64,000 nt of DNA from Candidatus Methylomirabilota bacterium (lineage in GTDB: Bacteria; Methylomirabilota; Methylomirabilia; Rokubacteriales; CSP1-6). Positions 19,395-27,529 of the stretch are shown here, piece after piece; the first letter of the stretch is position 1, and the number at the start of each line of letters is the position of its first letter. The DNA lies in assembly GCA_035315345.1 (NCBI GenBank), contig DATFYA010000187.1:3436-67435 (forward strand), read 5' to 3'. The notes below the pieces were generated by a model that saw only the letters and a program-made list of their open reading frames with translations, did not search any database and had not been told where the DNA came from. Both the position numbers and the translations under genes were made by a program.

Positions 19395-20072
19395 ATGCTC
19401 GACCTCGACGTCATCTGGCGCAACCTGCCGTTCCTGATGCTCCAGGGTTTCCTGGGCATCGGCAACTTCGTGGGCGGCACCCTGCGCCTGGCCATCCCGT
19501 CGATCGTGCTCGGCTTCATCCTGGGCATCTTCATCGGCATCGCGCGCCTGGCCCCGCAGTGGTGGATCCGGCTGCCCGCCACGCTGTACGTGGAGTTCTT
19601 CCGCGGCGTCCCGCTCGTCATGGTGATCTTCTGGATGTGGTTCATCATGCCGATCGTGTTGAAGACGGCGATCCCCGAGTTCGGGGTGGCCCTCACCGCG
19701 TTCGTGGTCTTCGAGGCCGCCTATCTCGGAGAGATCGTGCGCGCGGGCATCCAGTCGGTGCCCCGCGGGCAGGTGGAGGCGGCCACCGCGGTCGGATTGA
19801 CCTCCGCCCAGGGGATGCGCTTCGTGATCCTGCCCCAGGCGCTCAAGAACATGATTCCCTCACTGGTGACCCAGTTCATCGTGCTGTTCAAGGACACCTC
19901 GCTGGCCTCGATCATCGGCTTCATGGACCTGACCAAGGCCGCGCAGGTGGTGAACAACCGCGAGATCCGGCCATTCCCGATCTATCTCTTCATCGCGGTC
20001 GTGTACTGGGTCTGCACGTACTCCATGTCCCGCTACGCGCGCTACCTGGAGAAGAGGATCGGCCCTGCCTGA
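19395..20072 (+). CDS. polar amino acid ABC transporter permease
   Basis: ATG 19395 within track ORF 18612..20072. AAYLGEIVRAGIQSVPRGQVEAA EAA-loop pattern. Confidence 0.85.
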   Translation: MLDLDVIWRNLPFLMLQGFLGIGNFVGGTLRLAIPSIVLGFILGIFIGIARLAPQWWIRLPATLYVEFFRGVPLVMVIFWMWFIMPIVLKTAIPEFGVALTAFVVFEAAYLGEIVRAGIQSVPRGQVEAATAVGLTSAQGMRFVILPQALKNMIPSLVTQFIVLFKDTSLASIIGFMDLTKAAQVVNNREIRPFPIYLFIAVVYWVCTYSMSRYARYLEKRIGPA

Positions 20073-20139
20073 AGTCGTCCTGCCGTCCGGCGTCCGCCTG
20101 CACTGGCGCGAGGCTTCGGCCGATGGGGCGCCCGCCGAC

Positions 20140-20997
20140 GTGCCCGCACCGGCGCGACCGGTGGTGGTGTGGATCCACGGCGGCTCGGTGGAGGACTCGT
20201 CGGTGATGGTGGCCGATCTCGAGCCGTTCGTCGGGCGCGTGCGCGCGCTCTTCCCGGATACGCGCGGCCACGGGCTCTCCTCGCGCTTCGAGCGCGTCGA
20301 GGACTACACCTACGCGCGCAAGGCCGAGGACCTGCTGGCGTGGCTGGACGTCCTCGGCGTGCGCGAGGCGGTCTGGGGCGGCGCCTCCATGGGCGGCGCG
20401 CTTTCGCTGTGGATCGCCGCGCACGCGCCGGAGCGCGCGCGGGCGGTGGTCTCGATCAGCGGACCACCCTACGAGCCCAGCGCCGAGGACAAGACGTGGT
20501 GGGCGCGCCACCGGCCGCTCGTCGAGGCCGGCCGCTTCGAGGACTACTTCGACGCCAACGTGCGCCTGCGCATGGGCGAGGCCGCGCTGGCCCGGCTCAA
20601 GGCGCGGCCGGATCGCTACGCCGAGCTGGCCGCCTCGCTGCGCCGCCACTCGGTGGCCTCGCTGCTGGCCCTGCTCGACGAGACGTACAGCCGCCAGGAG
20701 TGGCTCGCGGACTGCCGGCGCATTCGCTGCCCGGTGCAGGTGATCGCCGGCTCGGAGGACAGCTATCCGACCGTGGCCATGTCCCGCCGCGTCGCCGAGG
20801 CGATCCCCGGCGCGCGCTTCCACGTGGTCGAGGGCGGCCCCCACTTCCCCAACCGCACCCACCGTGCCGAAGTCCAGTCCGTCATCGCCACCTTCCTCGA
20901 CACGCTGGGGTCAGGTCTTGCATTACGACATTTTCTGGGACCTGGTGCGGCCGCCCTTCCCTCGAAATGTCGTAATGCAAGACCTGACCCCGGGTAG
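20140..20997 (+). CDS. alpha/beta hydrolase
   Basis: Track ORF (GTG start). Nucleophile elbow GASMGG and a distal GGPHFP His. In-frame codons from about 20065 (EVVLPSGVRLHW...) resemble the usual N-terminal strand, so the true start may lie upstream at a non-canonical codon. The last ~29 codons and the stop are encoded by the palindromic repeat at 20907-20991. Confidence 0.75.
   Translation: MPAPARPVVVWIHGGSVEDSSVMVADLEPFVGRVRALFPDTRGHGLSSRFERVEDYTYARKAEDLLAWLDVLGVREAVWGGASMGGALSLWIAAHAPERARAVVSISGPPYEPSAEDKTWWARHRPLVEAGRFEDYFDANVRLRMGEAALARLKARPDRYAELAASLRRHSVASLLALLDETYSRQEWLADCRRIRCPVQVIAGSEDSYPTVAMSRRVAEAIPGARFHVVEGGPHFPNRTHRAEVQSVIATFLDTLGSGLALRHFLGPGAAALPSKCRNARPDPG
20907..20991. repeat. 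85-bp perfect palindromic MITE/REP-like element
   Basis: GGGGTCAGGTCTTGCATTACGACATTT (20907-20933) is the exact reverse complement of 20965-20991, with a 31-nt loop between them. A related truncated copy lies at 54871-54911. Confidence 0.9.
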
Positions 20998-21008
20998 AAT
21001 CGGCCGCG

Positions 21009-21533
21009 ATGAACGAAGAGCAGCGGCGGATCCGGAGTTATCTCGTGACCCAGGCGGCCAAGCTGACGCCGGCCGCGATCGTGGAGAAGGTCCAGGCCGC
21101 GATGGCCGATCTGCGGGCCGCCGCAGTCGCGGTGCCGCCCGCGCGGTTCGCGGAGCGGCCGGAGCCCGCGGAGTGGAGCGGCAACGAGGTGATGGCCCAC
21201 GTCGTCGCCGCCGACGGTTACTTCGGCGGCGGGATCGGCCGGCTGCTGCGCGGTCAGCCGTCGGTGGGTCGACCGGAGGGCCGCGGCATCGAGGGCGCGC
21301 CGCTCCGTGCCGCCGAGGCCTGGTACGACCTGCTCGCCAGGCAGCGAGAAGACCTGTTCGCCGCGGTCCGGGCCGCCGATCCCGCCGCGGCGCCGGACCA
21401 GCGTATCGAGCATCCGATGTTCGGCCCGCTCACCTGGCGCGAGACGCTACTGTTCACCCGGCTGCACGACCTCGATCACGCCGGCCAGCTGCAGAAGATC
21501 GGCGCCGCCTTCGCGGCTCCGCGTCCGGTCTGA
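21009..21533 (+). CDS. DinB family (DinB_2-like) metal-dependent protein
   Basis: Track ORF. Four-helix-bundle-like pattern with His residues (EVMAHVV..., RLHDLDHAGQL). Confidence 0.7.
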   Translation: MNEEQRRIRSYLVTQAAKLTPAAIVEKVQAAMADLRAAAVAVPPARFAERPEPAEWSGNEVMAHVVAADGYFGGGIGRLLRGQPSVGRPEGRGIEGAPLRAAEAWYDLLARQREDLFAAVRAADPAAAPDQRIEHPMFGPLTWRETLLFTRLHDLDHAGQLQKIGAAFAAPRPV

Positions 21534-22567
21534 TGCGCGTCGCCATCTCGCTGCGGCTGGCCCAGACCGACTGGGCCGAGGCCAGCGACTACGTCACCGA
21601 GGCCGAGCGGCTGGGCGTCGACTTCGTCTGGTCCGCGGAGGCCTGGGGCCACGACGGCGTCACCCCGCTGGCCTTCGTGGCCGCGCGCACCTCGCGCATC
21701 CGACTCGGCACTGGGATTCTTCAAGCGGGCACGCGCACCCCCGCGCTCCTCGCCATGACCGCGATGAGCCTCAACGCCATGTCGGGTGGCCGCTTCGTGC
21801 TGGGCCTGGGCGTCAGCGGGCCGCAGGTCATCGAGGGCTGGCACGGCATCCGGTTCGACCGTCCGGTGCTACGCATGCGGGAGACGGTCGAGATCGTCCG
21901 GCGCGCGATCCGCGGCGAGCGTCTTGAGTACAAGGGGCGCATCTACGAGCTGCCGCTGCCGGGCGGCGAGGGCAAGGCCATTCGCTCGGCGGCGCCGCCG
22001 CAGCCCGGCGTCCCGATCTATCTCGCGACGCTCTCGCCGCGAAGCCTCGAGATGACCGGTGAGATCGCCGACGGCTGGCTCGGCACCTCGTTCATGCCCG
22101 AGCACGCGCGCGTCTTCACCGACCACCTGGCCGCCGGCGCGGCGCGGGTCGGCCGCTCGCTGGCCGCGCTCGATCTGCAGGCCGGCGGCTTCGTGGCCTT
22201 CGGCGACGACGCGGCCCGGCTGATCCGCGCGCGCAAGCCCGGCCTCGCCTTCACCCTCGGGGCCATGGGCTCGCGCCAGCACAACTTCTACAACGACGCC
22301 TTCCGTCGCGCCGGCTACGAGGAGGTGGCCCGCGAGGTTCAGCGCCTGTGGCTGGACGGGCGACGCGAGGAGGCGGCCACGCGCGTGCCCGACGAGCTGG
22401 TGCTGGAGACCAACCTGCTCGGCACCGACGCGATGGTGCGCGCGCGCTTGCTCGCCTACCGCGACGCCGGGATCACGACCCTGCGCGTGGAGCCGGCGGG
22501 CGAAGGGCTCGCGGCGCGGCTCGCGACGCTCGGCCGGCTGCTGGACCTGGTCCGCGCGGTGGGATAG
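21533..22567 (+). CDS. luciferase-like (LLM class) flavin/F420-dependent oxidoreductase
   Basis: ATG 21533 (ATGA overlap) within track ORF 20864..22567. VDFVWSAEAWGHDGVTPLAF...RLGTGILQ...RFVLGLGVSGPQV pattern. Confidence 0.85.
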   Translation: MRVAISLRLAQTDWAEASDYVTEAERLGVDFVWSAEAWGHDGVTPLAFVAARTSRIRLGTGILQAGTRTPALLAMTAMSLNAMSGGRFVLGLGVSGPQVIEGWHGIRFDRPVLRMRETVEIVRRAIRGERLEYKGRIYELPLPGGEGKAIRSAAPPQPGVPIYLATLSPRSLEMTGEIADGWLGTSFMPEHARVFTDHLAAGAARVGRSLAALDLQAGGFVAFGDDAARLIRARKPGLAFTLGAMGSRQHNFYNDAFRRAGYEEVAREVQRLWLDGRREEAATRVPDELVLETNLLGTDAMVRARLLAYRDAGITTLRVEPAGEGLAARLATLGRLLDLVRAVG

Positions 22568-22618
22568 CATGGCCCCCGGCTCTGCCCGAATGCATCCGCG
22601 ACCCGAGAGGAGTGCCCC

Positions 22619-23800
22619 ATGGATCTGAACTACTCGCCGGACGAGCTGGCGTTCCGTGATGAGGTGCGCGGCTGGCTGCGCGCCAATCTCCCCGACGATC
22701 TTCGCCAGAAGATGGAGAGCTACCAGGAGCTGTCGAGGGAGGAGCTGCTGCGCTGGCACAAGATCCTGGCCAGGAAGGGCTGGGTTGCCCCCGACTGGCC
22801 GCCGGAGTGGGGCGGCACCGACTGGAACGTGGTGCAGCGCTACATCTTCGAGGAGGAGTGCGGCTACGCGGCGACGCCGATGATCGTGCCCTTCGGGGTC
22901 CGGATGTGCGCGCCGGTGCTGCTGCAGTTCGGCACCGAGGCCCAGAAGAAGCGGTTCCTGCCGCGCATCTACCACGGCGAGGACTTCTGGTGCCAGGGCT
23001 ACTCGGAGCCCGGCTCGGGCTCCGACCTCGCCTCGCTCAAGACGCGCGCGGTGCGGGACGGGGACCGCTACGTGGTGACGGGCCAGAAGATCTGGACCAC
23101 GCTGGCCCATCACGCGGACTGGATCTTCTGCCTCGTGCGCACCGATCCCAACACCGGCAAGCGCCAGGACGGCATCTCGTTCCTCCTGATCGACATGAAG
23201 ACGCCCGGCATCACGGTGCGGCCGATCGTGTTGATGGACGGCAGCAAGGAAGTCAACGAGGTCTTCTTCGACGACGTGGCCGTACCGGCGGAGAACCTCG
23301 TCCACGAGGAGGGGAAGGGCTGGACGGTGGCCAAGTACCTGCTGGGCTACGAGCGGATGGGCACCGGCCGCATCGGCGCCTCCAAGCGCGAGCTGGCCCG
23401 GCTCAAGGAGCTGGCCGGCGAGCAGATGAAGGACGGCCGCCCCCTCATCGAGGACGCGCGCTTCCGCGACCGGCTGACCCGGGTGGAGATCGAGCTGATG
23501 GCGCTGGAGATCACCAACCTGCGCTTCCTGGATCAGATGCGGCGCAGCGGCCGGCCCCCCGGTGCCGACGTGTCGATGCTCAAGATCAAGGGCACCGAGA
23601 TCCAGCAGTCCATCACCGAGCTGATGATGCAGGCCGCGGGGCCGCTCGCCCAGGCCTTCCGCCCCGTCGACGCGATGGACTTCGACCACTTCACCGCCCG
23701 CCTGGCGCCGCGGTACTGCAACCTGCGCAAGGCCACGATCTACGCGGGCTCCAACGAGATCCAGCGCAACATCATCGCGAAGGCCACCCTCGGCCTGTAG
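22619..23800 (+). CDS. acyl-CoA dehydrogenase
   Basis: Track ORF with GAGAGGAG RBS. FWCQGYSEPGSGSDLAS and C-terminal IYAGSNEIQRNIIA patterns. Confidence 0.9.
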   Translation: MDLNYSPDELAFRDEVRGWLRANLPDDLRQKMESYQELSREELLRWHKILARKGWVAPDWPPEWGGTDWNVVQRYIFEEECGYAATPMIVPFGVRMCAPVLLQFGTEAQKKRFLPRIYHGEDFWCQGYSEPGSGSDLASLKTRAVRDGDRYVVTGQKIWTTLAHHADWIFCLVRTDPNTGKRQDGISFLLIDMKTPGITVRPIVLMDGSKEVNEVFFDDVAVPAENLVHEEGKGWTVAKYLLGYERMGTGRIGASKRELARLKELAGEQMKDGRPLIEDARFRDRLTRVEIELMALEITNLRFLDQMRRSGRPPGADVSMLKIKGTEIQQSITELMMQAAGPLAQAFRPVDAMDFDHFTARLAPRYCNLRKATIYAGSNEIQRNIIAKATLGL

Positions 23801-23832
23801 AAGGCGACGCGGCGGGCGGGGGGGCGATGTCC

Positions 23833-23989
23833 GGCGGGATCGGGGGGTGGTCGTGGGGGGTCCTCTGACCACGTCCCGCGAGTCCGCGGCGACCGGAATT
23901 GGAGTTCCCAAGCTGGGCGCTGGAAGGGCGGTCTTCACCGGGCAGGAACGGGTCAGCCGGACCCCCCACGACCACCCCCCGACCCCGCC
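23833..23989. repeat. long inverted repeat / MITE-like palindromic element between the two ACAD genes
   Basis: GGGGGGTGGTCGTGGGGGGTCC at 23842-23863 is the exact reverse complement of 23959-23980. Pairing extends outward (23833-41 with 23981-89, 1 mismatch) and inward (TGACC/GGTCA), around a loop of about 80 nt. Confidence 0.8.
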
Positions 23990-24032
23990 CAGCGTCGCGG
24001 CACGCATGAACCGTCCTCGTCAGGAGTGAGCG

Positions 24033-25178
24033 ATGAATTTCGATCTGAGTGAGGAGCAGCAACTGCTGGCGGACAGCCTCAAGCGGTACCTGGCCAACGA
24101 GTACACGATGGACGCGCGGAGCAAGATCGTGGACTCGCCCACCGGCTGGAGCGAGAAGGTGTGGGCGGCGTTCGCGGAGATGGGGTTGCTCGGCGTGCCT
24201 TTCGCCGAGGAGCACGGCGGCTTCGGGGGCAGCGCGGTGGACGTGATGCTGGTCATGGAGGCGCTGGGCGAGGGGCTCGTGGTCGAGCCCTACTGGGTCA
24301 ACGTGGGGCTGGGCGGCCGGTTGATCGCGCGAGCCGGCTCGGAGGCGCAGCAGAAGCGCATCCTGCCCCCGCTGATCCAGGGCAAGCACCGGCTCGCCTT
24401 CGCCCATACCGAGCGCGGCGCGCGCTACGACCTCGGTCACGTGCAGGCGCGGGCCAAGAAGAGCGGCGCCGGCTACACGCTCGAGGGCGAGAAGCGCGCG
24501 GTGCTGGCAGGCGCCTCGGCCGACACGCTGATCGTCTCCGCCCGCACGAGCGGCGGCGCCACCGATCCGGCCGGCCTCAGCCTCTTCCTGGTCGAGCGCT
24601 CCGCGCCCGGCGTGACGGTCAAGGAGTACCGGACCATCGACGAGCTGCGCGCCGCCGACGTGTGGCTATCGGACGTCTCGGTGCCGGCCGCGGCGCGGCT
24701 CGGCGACGAAGGTCGCGCGCTGCCCCTCATCGAGGACGCGGCCGACTACGCCACCGCGCTGCTCTGCGCCGAGGCGGTGGGTGCCATCCGATTCGCCAAC
24801 GAGGCGACGCTCGAGTACCTCAAGACCCGGCGGCAGTTCGGGGTGCCGATCGGCAGCTTCCAGGCGCTCCAGCACCGGATGGTGGACATGGTGATCAGCT
24901 ACGAGCAGGCGCGATCGATGGCGTGCCTGGCCTGCGTGAAGGTCGACACCGCGCCCCCCGCCGAGCGGCGCCATGCGGTGTCGGCGGCCAAGGTCAAGGT
25001 GGCCGACGCCTGCCGCCACGTGAGCCAGGAGGCGGTGCAGCTGCACGGCGGCATGGGCATGACCGAGGAGCTGAAGATCAGCCATACCTTCCGCCGGCTC
25101 ACCATGATCGGGCAGACCTTCGGCGACGCCGAGCACCATCTCGAGCGCTTCGCACGGAGCGAGGTGGCGGGCGGCTGA
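24033..25178 (+). CDS. acyl-CoA dehydrogenase family protein (possibly non-catalytic partner subunit)
   Basis: Track ORF. MNFDLSEEQQLLADSL N-terminus, QLHGGMGMTEE pattern. Lacks Glu at both usual catalytic-base positions, by my manual alignment. Confidence 0.88.
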   Translation: MNFDLSEEQQLLADSLKRYLANEYTMDARSKIVDSPTGWSEKVWAAFAEMGLLGVPFAEEHGGFGGSAVDVMLVMEALGEGLVVEPYWVNVGLGGRLIARAGSEAQQKRILPPLIQGKHRLAFAHTERGARYDLGHVQARAKKSGAGYTLEGEKRAVLAGASADTLIVSARTSGGATDPAGLSLFLVERSAPGVTVKEYRTIDELRAADVWLSDVSVPAAARLGDEGRALPLIEDAADYATALLCAEAVGAIRFANEATLEYLKTRRQFGVPIGSFQALQHRMVDMVISYEQARSMACLACVKVDTAPPAERRHAVSAAKVKVADACRHVSQEAVQLHGGMGMTEELKISHTFRRLTMIGQTFGDAEHHLERFARSEVAGG

Positions 25179-25228
25179 CGACGTCAAAAGTTGACTCGTC
25201 GCCGGGCTTCCACCCATAGTCGTCCGAT

Positions 25229-26380
25229 ATGGACGGGCAGGAACCGACCGGGCCGCCCTCGTTCTTCCGCAAGCCCGCGCCTCCGGGCGGTCCCGCGTCC
25301 CGATCGATAGAGCCCTCCGCCGCGCCACCACCCCCGCCGCCACCGCCGCCCTCGCTCCCGCCGGCGCCCCCGCTCCCGCCGGCGCCCCCGCTCGGCGGCG
25401 AGCCACCCCGGTTCGGGCCGGCGCCCCCCTCCGACTTCGATGGCATTCGCCACCCGGTGTTCCACGGCACCGGAGGCACACTGTTCGGCATCCACGTCGT
25501 CAATACGCTGCTCATCCTCGTCACGCTCGGGATCTACTACTTCTGGGCGAAGACGCGGGTGCGCCGCTACCTGGCCGGGCAGACGGAGATGGAGCTGGAT
25601 CGCTTCGCCTACCACGGCACCGCGAAGGAGCTCCTGCTGGGCACCTTGAAGGCGGTGGTCGTGTTCGGTCTTCCCGTGCTGCTGCTCAATTTCATCCGCG
25701 ACGTCCTGGAGGTGCCCGCCACCCTGAAGGTCATCGCCGGGGTCATCTCCGGCAGCCTCATCTTCGTGTTCTTCCCGGTGGCGGTGGTAGGGGCCCGCCG
25801 GTATCGCCTGAGCCGCATGTCCTGGCGAGGGATCCGCTTCTCGTTCCGCGGCCGGGTCTGGGACATGGTGAAGATCTTCATCCTCGGCACGTTCCTGACC
25901 GGCGTGACCCTCGGGCTGTACTACCCGTTCTTCCTCGTCGATCGCCAGCGCTTCCTCGTCTCGCACTCCTATTTCGGCAGCGAGCGGTTCGGCTTCACCG
26001 GCCGCGGACGGGAGCTGTTCGGGCCGTTCGTGGTCGCGATCCTGCTGACGCTGCCCACGCTCGGGTTGATCTGGGTATGGTACGTGGCGCGCAAGCGCCG
26101 CTTCTTCTGGGATCACACCAGCCTGGGCCCGGCGCGCTTCTCCTGTCACGTGACCGGCGGCGCGCTGCTGGGACTCTGGATGGTCAACGCGATCCTGCTC
26201 GTGGGCACGCTGGGGATCGCGTGGCCGTGGGTGCGCGTGCGCAACATCGACTTCACCTTCCGCTACCTGGCCCTGGTCGGGCCGCTCGATCTCGCCCGCA
26301 TCGAGCAGCAGGCGCAGCAGGCGGGAAGCACCGGCGAGGGCCTGTCCGGCTTCTTCGACTCCGGCTTCGACCTGGCCTGA
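25229..26380 (+). CDS. YjgN/DUF898 family inner-membrane protein with proline-rich N-terminal extension
   Basis: Track ORF. FHGTGGTLFGIHVVNTLLILVTLGIYYFWAKTRVRRY and a second GLYYPFF repeat, typical of DUF898. N-terminal PPPPPPPPPSLPPAPPLPPAPP tract. Confidence 0.75.
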   Translation: MDGQEPTGPPSFFRKPAPPGGPASRSIEPSAAPPPPPPPPPSLPPAPPLPPAPPLGGEPPRFGPAPPSDFDGIRHPVFHGTGGTLFGIHVVNTLLILVTLGIYYFWAKTRVRRYLAGQTEMELDRFAYHGTAKELLLGTLKAVVVFGLPVLLLNFIRDVLEVPATLKVIAGVISGSLIFVFFPVAVVGARRYRLSRMSWRGIRFSFRGRVWDMVKIFILGTFLTGVTLGLYYPFFLVDRQRFLVSHSYFGSERFGFTGRGRELFGPFVVAILLTLPTLGLIWVWYVARKRRFFWDHTSLGPARFSCHVTGGALLGLWMVNAILLVGTLGIAWPWVRVRNIDFTFRYLALVGPLDLARIEQQAQQAGSTGEGLSGFFDSGFDLA

Positions 26381-26428
26381 GCCGCGGCCTCCGATGGGCC
26401 GGCCGTCGCTCCCGCTGCCCGCCCCCTG

Positions 26429-27523
26429 ATGCGCACCGATTGGGAGGGTGTCTACCTCGACGGCCGCACCGCGGCCCGGCAGCCCGCCACCATCCGGCTC
26501 ATGCGCGAGGCCATCGAGATCACGCCGGCGGGCGGGGCGACGCGGCTCTGGCCCTACCGCGAGCTTCGCCAGACGCAGGGTTTCTACGCGGGCGAGCAGG
26601 TACGCCTGGAGCGAGGCGGCGATCTGCCCGAGACGCTGCTGGTGTCCGACCGCGCGTTCCTCGAGAGCCTCCACGAGGCGGCGCCGCACGTGGGCCCGCG
26701 CTTCCACGACCCGGGCCGGCGTCGCGCGCGACTGCGCTGGACCATCGCGGCCGGGGCCGGGGTGATCGCGGCCGCGGTCGCGATCTACGTGTGGGGGATT
26801 CCCGCGCTGGCCGCGCTGGTGGCGCCGCGGGTGCCGGTCACGTGGGAGGAGAGCGTTGGCCGCGCGGCCATCGCGCACCTGGCGCCGCCGGGCCGGCGCT
26901 GTGGCGATGCCGACCTGGCGCGCGTGATGGACGAGATGGTGCGGCGGCTGACCGCGCCCGGTCCGCCGTCACCGTACACGTTCCGGGTGTCGGTGGTGAA
27001 TCGCCCGGTGGTGAACGCGCTGGCCGTCCCGGGCGGCTACGTGGTGGTGTTCCGCGGGCTGCTCGAGCGGACCGTCACGCCCGAGGAGATGGCCGGCGTC
27101 ATGGCTCACGAGCTACAGCACGTGCTGCATCGCCACGCGACCCGGGCCGTCATCCAGGACGCCTCCACCGGCCTCCTGCTCATGGCCCTCACCGGCGACG
27201 TGACCGGCCCGCTCGCCTACGGCCTGCAGACCGCGCGCACCCTCGGCGACCTGCGATACTCGCGGCGCGCCGAGGAGGAAGCGGATACCGATGGCATGAA
27301 GATGATGCTGGCGGCGCGCCTGGATCCCGCGGGCATGATCACCTTCTTCGAGCGGATCCAGAAGGAGGAAGGCGGTGCCCCGCGCGCGCTGACCTATCTC
27401 TCCACGCATCCGCTCGCCGCCGACCGCCTCCAGCGCCTGAAGGCGATGGCCGCGGCCTGGACCGGCGCGCCCGAGCCCCTCGTGCCCGGTGACCGATGGG
27501 CCGACGTGGCGAAGCGCTGCTGA
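26429..27523 (+). CDS. M48 family zinc metallopeptidase with N-terminal cytoplasmic domain and TM segment
   Basis: Track ORF. HELQHVLHRH (HExxH) and downstream EEEADTDG ligand region. TM segment WTIAAGAGVIAAAVAIYVWGIPALAALV. Confidence 0.85.
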   Translation: MRTDWEGVYLDGRTAARQPATIRLMREAIEITPAGGATRLWPYRELRQTQGFYAGEQVRLERGGDLPETLLVSDRAFLESLHEAAPHVGPRFHDPGRRRARLRWTIAAGAGVIAAAVAIYVWGIPALAALVAPRVPVTWEESVGRAAIAHLAPPGRRCGDADLARVMDEMVRRLTAPGPPSPYTFRVSVVNRPVVNALAVPGGYVVVFRGLLERTVTPEEMAGVMAHELQHVLHRHATRAVIQDASTGLLLMALTGDVTGPLAYGLQTARTLGDLRYSRRAEEEADTDGMKMMLAARLDPAGMITFFERIQKEEGGAPRALTYLSTHPLAADRLQRLKAMAAAWTGAPEPLVPGDRWADVAKRC

Positions 27524-27529
27524 CCCGCC

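Noticed and set aside
23847-24029. 60-aa ORF inside the ACAD intergenic inverted repeat.
   Set aside because: It lies entirely within the palindromic element, has no RBS, and its composition is dictated by the G/C tracts.
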